The position numbers and the translations under genes were made by a program. A DNA stretch of 36,391 nt from Clostridia bacterium (GTDB lineage: Bacteria > Bacillota > Clostridia > HGM11514): the NCBI GenBank assembly GCA_034117945.1, contig JAXEOR010000005.1:1-36391 (forward strand), in the 5' to 3' direction. Shown here one piece after another: positions 28,912-36,391 of the stretch. The notes under the pieces are model-generated. The model searched no databases. It was not told where the DNA came from and saw nothing but the letters and a program-made list of their open reading frames with translations. The stretch's first letter is position 1; the number at the start of each line of letters is the position of its first letter.

Positions 28912-30102
28912 ATGAAATGTTTGGTAAAAACCAAAAGCGAAACCCTGCTGTTTTTTTATGAGGAAAAGCGGGGGCTGTGCTATCAGAGCGAGCTGGACGG
29001 AGATAAGATCCATCTTTTGACGGAGGATGCGCAAGGGGAGTTTGACGTTTATGCAGACGACGCTTTGCACCTTGTTTGTCAGAGCAAGGGGGGAGAGCTG
29101 TTTTATTTTTGCTATCGGATGGGGCAATGGCACAGGCGGACGCTGTTAAACAGCAAAAAGGGAGAGCCTGCGGTTCGCTGTCTGAGACTGTGGGGAAGAG
29201 AAGGGGACTACCGGCTGTTTTATGTGCTGGAGTACGGGGGAGAGCATTTGCTGATCTGCCATCCTCTGGAGGGCGGGCGGCCTCAGCCTTTGGCAAAGCT
29301 GCCCCGGCCTTCCTTTTTGTTGCGATCCGATCCGGCCGGGTGCCTTTATTTGATTTATGAGCGGGAAGGGGCGTCTGTTTCTCTGTGCTATCGGTACGGA
29401 AACTGGGGCAGCCCTGTTTCCTTGGGGGAATTCCGGGTAGAGGACGCCATCTATACCCAAACCCAGACGGCGCATCTGGCCGCCAGCCGGGGAGGAAGTC
29501 TGTTTTATCTTTCCTTTGAAAACGGGGCGGTCAGGGAAACTGTTCCCATTACCAGAAGCGGCCAGAATCAGCCTACTCTGCTGTTTTATGAGGATTCTCT
29601 TTGGCTGCTGTATGAGGAGCGGGGCAGGATCTTTTATTGGAAAAAGGGAGAGCGGGCGCCGGTGGCCATGATTACGGGCACCCAGCCGGAGCTGTTTCAT
29701 CTTCGTTTTTTGAACGGAGCGGAACGGGAGACTGCCCGCCGGGCTTACGGCTGCCGGGTCAGAGGAAAAGTGAATTTGTTTATTGCGACCAAGCTGCCCG
29801 AGGGGAAGAGACAGAGCTTTTCAGACGACTGCCGGATTCAGCTGACCAAGCTGAAGCTGCGGATTGACTCTTTGGAGCAGACGATCAGACAGCTTCATAA
29901 GGAGCTGCTGCGGGTTCAGACAGGGGAGGGTCAGCTTTGTCCCCCTCAAAAGCCGCCCCGTGAGGACAGCCGGGAGGAGACGCCGCCCCAGCCTGTGTTA
30001 CCCCAGGAGCCGGAAAAGGATTTCCGTGCTCCGGTTCAGACAGATCCCAATGAAACGGCAGAGGAGCAGCCTAACGAAAGGGATTTTCCTCCCGGGGAAT
30101 AG
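28912..30102 (+). CDS. Hypothetical 396-aa protein: repeated beta-strand-rich units, a coiled-coil segment and a Pro/Glu-rich tail
   Basis: Recurrent motifs LLFFYEE, LFYFCYR, RLFYVLEYGG, LYLIYERE, LCYRYGNWG, LFYLSFENG and LLFYEDSLWLLYEERGRIFYW. These are followed by IQLTKLKLRIDSLEQTIRQLHKELLRVQ and a P/E-rich end. There is no signal peptide, and I recognise no family. Confidence 0.75.
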   Translation: MKCLVKTKSETLLFFYEEKRGLCYQSELDGDKIHLLTEDAQGEFDVYADDALHLVCQSKGGELFYFCYRMGQWHRRTLLNSKKGEPAVRCLRLWGREGDYRLFYVLEYGGEHLLICHPLEGGRPQPLAKLPRPSFLLRSDPAGCLYLIYEREGASVSLCYRYGNWGSPVSLGEFRVEDAIYTQTQTAHLAASRGGSLFYLSFENGAVRETVPITRSGQNQPTLLFYEDSLWLLYEERGRIFYWKKGERAPVAMITGTQPELFHLRFLNGAERETARRAYGCRVRGKVNLFIATKLPEGKRQSFSDDCRIQLTKLKLRIDSLEQTIRQLHKELLRVQTGEGQLCPPQKPPREDSREETPPQPVLPQEPEKDFRAPVQTDPNETAEEQPNERDFPPGE

Positions 30103-30171
30103 AATTTTTTGCATTACATACCCTATTCTTACTGCTATTTGAACAAAAAAACGGCGGTAGGAGGGGAAAAG

Positions 30172-31056
30172 ATGAAAAAAAACAGAAAAAACGACAAAAA
30201 AGAAAAAAAGTGTTTTGAAAATCTGAGAAAGTATGGTATAATGTATATTGTAATTGCCTTGGGCGTTTTTTTGATGGCAATGGGGCTGAATCTGTTTTTG
30301 ATCCCCAACAAAATTGTGACCGGCGGGGTCAGCGGATTGGCTACCATATTGTATTATCTTACCGGCCTGGGTACGGGATTTTATGTGCTGCTCATTAACT
30401 TTCCGTTGTTTTGGTACGGCCTAAAGAGGCTGGGGAAGGGGTTTATGCTTCGCACGGCTGTTGCGACTGTGCTGTTTTCTGCTTTCCTGGAGCTGACGGC
30501 TCAGCTCCCTGCCGTAACGGAGGATGGGCTGCTTGCCGCTTTATACGGCGGGCTGCTGATGGGAGCGGGCATGGGACTGGTGTTCCGCTGGGGGGCTTCC
30601 ACAGGCGGAACGGATCTGATTGCTATGGGAGTTCGTCAGAAAAATCAGTCCTTTAGTATGGGAACGCTGGTGCTGGCGGTGGACGCGGCGGTGGTGGCTC
30701 TGTCTATGCTGACATTCGGGGATATTGCCCTGGGGCTGTACGCTTTTGCGGCGCTGGCAGTCAGCGGAAAGGTGATTGATTATATCGGAGAGGGACCCAA
30801 GTTTGCTCGGGCGGTTTATATCATTTCCGACCGGCAGGAGGAGATTTCCCGTATCCTGCTGTACCGTCTGCAGCGGGGGGTGACTGCCCTTTCGGGGCAG
30901 GGGCTGTTTTCCGGCAGCCAAAAGCAGATTCTGCTTTGCGTCATCTCCAGGCGGGAGGTCGTACAGATGAAAAAGCTTGTGCAACAAACCGATCCCAACG
31001 CTTTTGTGATTATTTGTGACGCAAAAGAGGTGCTGGGGGAGGGGTTTCAAACATAA
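30172..31056 (+). CDS. YitT family membrane protein (with C-terminal DUF2179-type domain)
   Basis: NKIVTGGVSGLATILYYL and ASTGGTDLIA, with a C-terminal soluble domain. Start is ATG 30172 after GGAGGGG. Confidence 0.85.
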   Translation: MKKNRKNDKKEKKCFENLRKYGIMYIVIALGVFLMAMGLNLFLIPNKIVTGGVSGLATILYYLTGLGTGFYVLLINFPLFWYGLKRLGKGFMLRTAVATVLFSAFLELTAQLPAVTEDGLLAALYGGLLMGAGMGLVFRWGASTGGTDLIAMGVRQKNQSFSMGTLVLAVDAAVVALSMLTFGDIALGLYAFAALAVSGKVIDYIGEGPKFARAVYIISDRQEEISRILLYRLQRGVTALSGQGLFSGSQKQILLCVISRREVVQMKKLVQQTDPNAFVIICDAKEVLGEGFQT

Positions 31057-31072
31057 AAGGAGGAACGCTGTC

Positions 31073-31909
31073 ATGGAGGAATGCAGCAAAATTGCAACCA
31101 AGATACGAAAGCATGTGATCGAGGGCGTGTATCATGCGGCTTCGGGGCACCCGGGAGGCTCTTTGTCTATTGCGGACATTCTTGCGGTATTATATTTTGA
31201 GGAAATGAGGGTGAATCCCAGCCATCCCAAGGATCCGGATCGGGATCGCTTTGTTTTGTCTAAGGGACACTGTGCTCCCGCCTTGTACGGAGCGCTGGCA
31301 GAGCGGGGCTTTTTTCCGGTAGAGGATATCAAAACGCTCCGCAGAATTGACAGCTATCTTCAAGGGCACCCCGATATGAAGGGAGTACCGGGGGTGGATA
31401 TGTCCACCGGCTCTTTGGGGCAGGGCGTGTGCGCTGCCAACGGAATGGCCTATGCGGCTAAGCTGGACGGCCGGGATTACCGGGTATATACCATTTTGGG
31501 AGACGGTGAGCTGGAGGAAGGACAGGTTTGGGAGGCGGCTATGTTTGCCGCTCATTATAAGCTGGACAATGTTTGTGCTTTCGTGGATCTGAACGGCCTC
31601 CAGATTGACGGAAAAGTGGAAGAGGTTATGTCTCCTTATCCGGTGGATGAGAAGTTTCAGGCCTTCGGCTGGCATGTGATTGTGATTGACGCCCATGATT
31701 ACAGCCAGATCCGCAGCGCTTTGGCGGAGGCAAAGACAGTCAAGGGCAAGCCTACCGTGATCATTGCCAAAAGCGTGAAGGGCAAAGGGGTTTCCTTTAT
31801 GGAAGGACAGGCCGGCTGGCACGGAGTTGCGCCAAAGCAGGAGGAATATGAACAGGCGATGGCGGAGCTGAATCAAAAGCTGATGGAGGAGGAATCGGAT
31901 CATGTCTGA
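31073..31909 (+). CDS. Transketolase, N-terminal (TPP-binding) subunit
   Basis: SGHPGGSLSIADIL, LSKGHCAPALY and ILGDGELEEGQVWEA. Confidence 0.95.
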   Translation: MEECSKIATKIRKHVIEGVYHAASGHPGGSLSIADILAVLYFEEMRVNPSHPKDPDRDRFVLSKGHCAPALYGALAERGFFPVEDIKTLRRIDSYLQGHPDMKGVPGVDMSTGSLGQGVCAANGMAYAAKLDGRDYRVYTILGDGELEEGQVWEAAMFAAHYKLDNVCAFVDLNGLQIDGKVEEVMSPYPVDEKFQAFGWHVIVIDAHDYSQIRSALAEAKTVKGKPTVIIAKSVKGKGVSFMEGQAGWHGVAPKQEEYEQAMAELNQKLMEEESDHV

Positions 31910-32846
31910 AAAAATGGCAACAAGACAGGCCTACGGCCTGGCGCTGGCGGAATTCGGCGAAAACCCCAATCTGGTGGTGATGGACGCGGATCTTTCCAAA
32001 TCTACCAATACGGCTACCTTTCAGAAAAAATATCCCCAGCGGTTTATCAATACGGGAATTGCGGAAGCGAATATGATGTCTACCGCCGCAGGGCTGGCCT
32101 CCTGTGGAAAAACGGTGTTTGCCAGCTCCTTTGCCATGTTTGCGGCAGAGCGAGCCTTTGAGCAGGTGCGAAATTCCATTGCTTATCCTAAGCTGAATGT
32201 AAAAATCGGTGCCAGCCATGCGGGTGTTACCGTGGGAGAGGACGGGGCCACCCATCAGTGCCTGGAGGATATTGCCTTGATGCGTACCCTGCCGGGAATG
32301 GTGATCCTCAATCCGGCGGACGCTACCGAAACGAGAGCGGCAGTCAAAGCGGCTATTGAGTACGACGGGCCGGTGTATCTGCGGCTGGGTCGGCTGGCAG
32401 TTCCCCAGATTTTTGACCGGGATCCGGCCTATCATTTTGAATTGGGGAAGGGAATTTGCATTCAGGACGGAACGGATATTACCATTGCCGCCACCGGGCT
32501 GATGGTGTTTGAGGCCATAGAAGCGGCACGGCAGCTGGGAGAACAGGGCATCAGTGCCAGGGTGCTGGATATTCATACCATTAAGCCCTTGGATCGGGAG
32601 CTGATTGTGAAGGCGGCTCGGGAAACGGGCGGAATCGTAACGGCGGAGGAGCATTCGGTCAACGGCGGTCTGGGAAGCGCAGTGGCGGAGGTGCTGGCGG
32701 AGGAATGTCCCACACCCATGTGCCGGATCGGTGTGCAGGATCAGTTCGGCCGCTCCGGAAAGCCTGCCCAGCTGATGGAATGGTATCACCTGACTGCTGC
32801 GGATATTGCTGCGGCGGCCTTGAAAACCATTGCGAGAAAATCATGA
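31902..32846 (+). CDS. Transketolase, C-terminal (pyrimidine-binding) subunit
   Basis: GIAEANMMSTAAGLA and GEDGATHQCLEDIALMR. It overlaps the N-subunit gene by 8 nt. Confidence 0.95.
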   Translation: MSEKMATRQAYGLALAEFGENPNLVVMDADLSKSTNTATFQKKYPQRFINTGIAEANMMSTAAGLASCGKTVFASSFAMFAAERAFEQVRNSIAYPKLNVKIGASHAGVTVGEDGATHQCLEDIALMRTLPGMVILNPADATETRAAVKAAIEYDGPVYLRLGRLAVPQIFDRDPAYHFELGKGICIQDGTDITIAATGLMVFEAIEAARQLGEQGISARVLDIHTIKPLDRELIVKAARETGGIVTAEEHSVNGGLGSAVAEVLAEECPTPMCRIGVQDQFGRSGKPAQLMEWYHLTAADIAAAALKTIARKS

Positions 32847-33253
32847 GATTACTGGGCATTGATTATGGAGACGCACGGGTAGGGGTTGCCCTGTCCGATC
32901 CCTTGGGATGGACGGCTCGCCCCCTGCCCCATTTACCGGGAAGAAACCAGGAGAAGCTGCTGAGGCGGCTGGAGGATTTGATCCGGGAGCACGGAGTGGA
33001 AAAAATTATTCTGGGCTTTCCGAAAAATATGAATGGTACGGTAGGTCCCAGAGGAGAGCTGACACGAGCCTTTGGGGAAAAGCTGAAAAAGCGCACCGGC
33101 CTGCCTGTAATTTTGTGGGACGAACGGCTGACTACGGTATCGGCCGCAAAGATTATGAATGAGACCAATGTGAGAGGGAAAAAACGAAAGGAACAGATCG
33201 ATTCCCTGTCTGCGGTGCTGATTTTGGAAAATTATTTGCAGTCTTTGTCATAA
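32843..33253 (+). CDS. ruvX: Holliday junction resolvase-like protein RuvX/YqgF
   Basis: MRLLGIDYGDARVGVALSD...VLWDERLTT. It has an ATGA overlap with the transketolase stop. Confidence 0.93.
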   Translation: MRLLGIDYGDARVGVALSDPLGWTARPLPHLPGRNQEKLLRRLEDLIREHGVEKIILGFPKNMNGTVGPRGELTRAFGEKLKKRTGLPVILWDERLTTVSAAKIMNETNVRGKKRKEQIDSLSAVLILENYLQSLS

Positions 33254-33282
33254 ATTTGTAATCTGAGGAAATGATATTTCTA

Positions 33283-33311
33283 TTGACTATTTTGAAGATT
33301 TAGGGTACAAT
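33283..33311 (+). promoter_or_regulatory. Promoter upstream of the DUF1292 gene
   Basis: TTGACT (33283..33288), a 17-nt spacer, then TACAAT (33306..33311). This implies a leader of roughly 120 nt. Confidence 0.6.
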
Positions 33312-33369
33312 AATAAGAGAGACGGCAGAAACGAGATGTGCTGTGGAGGATCTGCCGCCTGCTCACGTT

Positions 33370-33423
33370 CCTTATCTGCCCACGGTAGGGAGTTTGTTTC
33401 TGATAATTGTGGGCGGAAAGGCG
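33370..33423 (+). promoter_or_regulatory. Conserved hairpin element, copy C (upstream of DUF1292)
   Basis: CCTTATCTGCCCACGGTAGG-18 nt-TGTGGGCGGAAAGGCG, ending 11 nt before ATG 33435. The 5' block matches copy B at 18 of 20 positions and the 3' block at 14 of 16. Confidence 0.5.
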
Positions 33424-33434
33424 AAGGGCTTTTT

Positions 33435-33713
33435 ATGGATGAGGAACTGATTGTACTGTACGATGAAGAGGGCAACGAGCAATCCTTTGCTTATTTGGAT
33501 ACCATTGAAATGAACGGGGAAAGCTACCTTGCGCTGACTCCTGTTTATGAAGAGGAGGAAGAGGAGGACAGCGAGGACACGGAGGTTGTGTTTATGAAGC
33601 TGACTCGGGATGAGGAAAATCCAAATGAGGATCTTTTGCTGATTGTGGATGACGATGACGAGCTGGATGAGGTATTCGCAGAGTTTACCCGCAGAATAGA
33701 AGAGGAAGAATAA
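33435..33713 (+). CDS. DUF1292 family acidic protein (YrzB-like)
   Basis: MDEELIVLYDEEGNEQSFAYLDTIEMNGESYLALTPV, with an acidic C-terminal half. Its position after ruvX is typical. Confidence 0.85.
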   Translation: MDEELIVLYDEEGNEQSFAYLDTIEMNGESYLALTPVYEEEEEEDSEDTEVVFMKLTRDEENPNEDLLLIVDDDDELDEVFAEFTRRIEEEE

Positions 33714-33739
33714 AGGCTACATAGCAGACCTGCTGTGTT

Positions 33740-33903
33740 CGTAAAATGCCGGAGTAAAATTTAACCAACACAAACGAATAGGGAATCTTGCTCCGTCTGC
33801 GGCGTAAATGCCCCCCAAATCTGATTTGGCCAGGGGACTTATTATGCAGACGGGAGGATACCCACCTGCGAGAGCAGGTTAAATTTTTCCGGTATATAAA
33901 ACG
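33740..33903 (+). ncRNA. Candidate structured ncRNA, rod-like with a large central bubble (6S-like); strand uncertain
   Basis: The closing stem pairs CCGGAGTAAAATTTAACC (33749..33766) with GGTTAAATTTTTCCGG (33877..33892). The inner stem pairs CTCCGTCTGC (33791..33800) with GCAGACGGGAG (33846..33856). The apical hairpin is CCCCCCAAA-tctga-TTTGG..GGGG. The bubble has about 24 nt on the 5' side and 19 nt on the 3' side. Confidence 0.3.
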
Positions 33904-33936
33904 GCACGGCGGGTTTTTATCATTTTATTACATTTT

Positions 33937-34215
33937 TTGCAAAAGAAAAGCGGACTGCATGAGGGGGCGACGAAAATTTTACTGGCTGTTTTGTTAGTGG
34001 CATTGGTCGTAGTGATTCTGATCACGATCTTTCTGATGAATGTTTTGATTCCGCTGAAAAACGCCCGGCGCTATATTACCATGGAGCTGGAGCGTTCCTA
34101 TGGAACAGGGGAGCAGGCATATTGGGAAAGAGAATTAAAGCACCTGTATCGGGACGCCATTCCGTTTTATCATCTCTTTTCGGAAAAAAAGAAGGAGCGG
34201 AGCAAGAAAAAGTGA
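33937..34215 (+). CDS. Hypothetical small membrane protein (start uncertain)
   Basis: One TM helix ILLAVLLVALVVVILITIFLMNVLI and a basic tail. It has only a TTG start and no clear RBS. Confidence 0.35.
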   Translation: MQKKSGLHEGATKILLAVLLVALVVVILITIFLMNVLIPLKNARRYITMELERSYGTGEQAYWERELKHLYRDAIPFYHLFSEKKKERSKKK

Positions 34216-34256
34216 AGACTCTTGAACAAAAGGACGTTACTTTTTGAGGAAAAGAA

Positions 34257-34285
34257 TTGACTTTTGAAAATTATGGTGATATAAT
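34257..34285 (+). promoter_or_regulatory. Promoter of the GH3 gene
   Basis: TTGACT, a 17-nt spacer, then TATAAT with an upstream TG. GGAGG lies at 34286..34290. Confidence 0.65.
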
Positions 34286-34301
34286 GGAGGAAGATATTCA
34301 A

Positions 34302-36391
34302 ATGAACAAGGAGTTAGAGTTTGTGAATTCGCTGATTTCACAAATGACAGTAAAGGAAAAAATCGGACAGATAACAATGGCAGTCAGCGGTAAGGATATA
34401 TATGACAAGAACAACGGTAAATTTACTTTCCGCCAGAACTTTAAAAGGCAGTTGGAAGAGTACGGAATCGGAATTATGAGCACTCTTTTAAGAGCAGACC
34501 CTTGGTCAAAAAGAACATACGGAACAGGGGTAGAGCTTGAAGAGCGTGAAGAATTTATAAATCAATTTCAAAAATATGCAATTGAGCATTCCAGATTGGG
34601 TATTCCTGTTTTGATAGATTTGGAAGCATCTCATGGTATGCAGGCTTTGGGAAGTGTAGTGTATCCTACAAACATCTGCAGCGGATGCAGTTTTGATACG
34701 GATTTGTACGGAAAAATGATGGCGCTTATTGCAAAAGAACTCAGACTTTCGGGAAATCACATCGGTTTTATGACCATTATTGATATGGCAACCGACCCGA
34801 GATTCGGAAGAACAGAAGAAAGCATTGGCGAAGATCCATTGCTTGCATCTCGTATGGCATATAGTGCGGTAAAGGGCTTTGAACGCGAAAATACCAGCAT
34901 ATGTGCAAAGCATTTTTTAGCTCACGGCGGTGCCACATCAGGACATATGAGCGGTGAGGTATGCTCCGGAATACGCAATATTCATGAAATACATATACCG
35001 TCTGCAAAGGCTGCAATAGAAGCGGGTGCAGACCTTGTGATGACTGCATATAATGCAATTGACGGTGTTCTATGTGTTACAAGCAAGGATATTCTTACTG
35101 ATCTTTTGCGTGACGAATTGGGCTTTGAAGGCGTAGTAATGACAGACGGCGGCGGAATTCTTAGAGCAAGAGATGTTGTGCGCGGCGGCGCCGACTATCT
35201 GGCTGCAGCAGTGACTCTTAATGCGGGAAATGATGTAAGTTTGGGCGATAGCAACGGAGTGTTTTTGCATCTTGATGAGGCTCTGGAAAAAGGTGAAATC
35301 ACCGAGGAAAAACTTGACGAGGCAGTTCGCAGAGTGTTGTTGCTTAAAGTAAAACGCGGATTGTTTGACGATCCTTTCTTAAAACCGGGACATGTTGTAC
35401 CATTTGTAAAAAGCGGCGAATGTCAAAAAACTGCATATGATGTTGCTGCAGCAAGTATGGTATTGCTCAAAAACAATGGCAATATTTTGCCGCTGAAATC
35501 TTCACAAAAAATCGCACTTATCGGTCCTCAGGCAGACAGCGTATATCATTTGCTTGGAGATTATACTTCACCTCGTAAGGTAGGCGAAATGAACACAATA
35601 CACGAAGAAATGGCAAAAAGATTTGAAAAGGTAACAGTAGCAGAGGGCTACAAATTTGAAGGAGGAAAAGAAGGGTTTGCCGAGGCTCTTGACATCGCTC
35701 GTGAGGCTGATGTTACAGTACTTCTTATGGGCGGCAGCAGCGTGCGTGATTTTAGTACAAAGTTTAATGGTGCAGGAACTGCAATTGGCTGTGGCGATGT
35801 ATTTATGGATTGCGGCGAAGGCTGTGATGTAGCTTCTCTTAATTTGCCCGGAAGTCAGGTTCAACTTCTTGAAGAACTTAAGGTGGTCGGTAAGCCTGTT
35901 GTTGCTGTTCTTATCCAAGGCAGACCATATGCACTTCCGGAAGTAAGCGAAATGGCAGATGCCATTCTTGCTGCATGGTATCCCGGACAGCTTGGCGGAA
36001 AGGCTATTACGGATATGCTTTTGGGCGACATTCAGCCTTCGGGCAGATTGTGTATCTCTATACCGCGTGGTTCTGAATATCTTCCTGTTGCGTATAACAG
36101 ATACAAATCTACTGCCCGTAATTATGTTGACAACTTGTCAGGCGTGATTTATCCGTTTGGCTACGGACTAAGCTATATGCCAAAACGTTATTCAAATTTG
36201 TGTGTTGAAGGCAATTACAGCACTGAGGATATTGCAAACGGCAAATATTATACAGTTAGTGTTGATGTAGAAAATCTCGGTGACAAACCAATTAAAGAAA
36301 CGGTTTGTATGTATATATCTGCAAGTGAACAGCCTGTTTTTCGCCGTGCTAAAGAACTTGCTGACTTTAAGAAAATCGTACTTTGCCCCGG
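34302..36391 (+). CDS. GH3 beta-glucosidase/beta-xylosidase-like glycoside hydrolase, 3' end cut by window edge (absent from the ORF track)
   Basis: Hand translation from ATG 34302 is open for 696 codons to the window end. Motifs found: MTVKEKIGQ, AKHFLAHGG, GFEGVVMTDGGG (nucleophile Asp region), LIGPQAD, VAVLIQGRPY and YPFGYGLSY. Confidence 0.92.
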   Translation, partial: MNKELEFVNSLISQMTVKEKIGQITMAVSGKDIYDKNNGKFTFRQNFKRQLEEYGIGIMSTLLRADPWSKRTYGTGVELEEREEFINQFQKYAIEHSRLGIPVLIDLEASHGMQALGSVVYPTNICSGCSFDTDLYGKMMALIAKELRLSGNHIGFMTIIDMATDPRFGRTEESIGEDPLLASRMAYSAVKGFERENTSICAKHFLAHGGATSGHMSGEVCSGIRNIHEIHIPSAKAAIEAGADLVMTAYNAIDGVLCVTSKDILTDLLRDELGFEGVVMTDGGGILRARDVVRGGADYLAAAVTLNAGNDVSLGDSNGVFLHLDEALEKGEITEEKLDEAVRRVLLLKVKRGLFDDPFLKPGHVVPFVKSGECQKTAYDVAAASMVLLKNNGNILPLKSSQKIALIGPQADSVYHLLGDYTSPRKVGEMNTIHEEMAKRFEKVTVAEGYKFEGGKEGFAEALDIAREADVTVLLMGGSSVRDFSTKFNGAGTAIGCGDVFMDCGEGCDVASLNLPGSQVQLLEELKVVGKPVVAVLIQGRPYALPEVSEMADAILAAWYPGQLGGKAITDMLLGDIQPSGRLCISIPRGSEYLPVAYNRYKSTARNYVDNLSGVIYPFGYGLSYMPKRYSNLCVEGNYSTEDIANGKYYTVSVDVENLGDKPIKETVCMYISASEQPVFRRAKELADFKKIVLCP

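Noticed and set aside
33788-33997. 69-aa ORF in the DUF1292 downstream spacer
   Set aside because: It has no RBS, overlaps the strongly base-paired candidate RNA, and its translation has no recognisable features.

Overview
This 36.4-kb window looks like chromosome from an anaerobic Firmicute. The class Clostridia is an inference from gene content: split transketolase, meso-DAP dehydrogenase, TepA, ruvX-DUF1292 and glycyl radical enzymes. The backbone is GC-rich (34/60 G+C hand-counted in line 6001). It carries mltG (5' partial), ddh, ligA, a VRR-NUC nuclease, a MATE pump, a GH38 alpha-mannosidase with an MFS-like permease, tepA, an amino-acid ABC transporter, metK, a YitT-family protein, split transketolase, ruvX and DUF1292. 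Three visibly AT-rich blocks interrupt it (22/60 G+C in line 2101). The first (1.1-5.2 kb) holds a compact glycyl radical enzyme (GRE), its activase and an AraC regulator. The second (16.4-20.8 kb) holds GH2 beta-galactosidase and AraC. The third (34.2 kb to the end) holds a GH3 glycosidase that the ORF track missed because it runs off the window. A second, host-GC compact GRE, activase and AraC cassette lies at 20.9-24.8 kb. Main observations: (1) two divergent, unusually short GRE cassettes with no pathway partners; (2) the first GRE island sits between the arms of a 43-nt inverted repeat that would otherwise form one long A-tract/T-tract hairpin between convergent genes; (3) a clear lysine riboswitch precedes the ABC transporter just downstream of metK; (4) a conserved hairpin element (GCCCACGG ... 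TGTGGGCRGAAAGGC) occurs three times just upstream of start codons; (5) a roughly 165-nt rod-like structured intergenic RNA candidate resembles 6S RNA; (6) the GH2 gene has a structured leader containing a terminator-like hairpin. No rRNA, tRNA, CRISPR array, transposase or integrase was seen.
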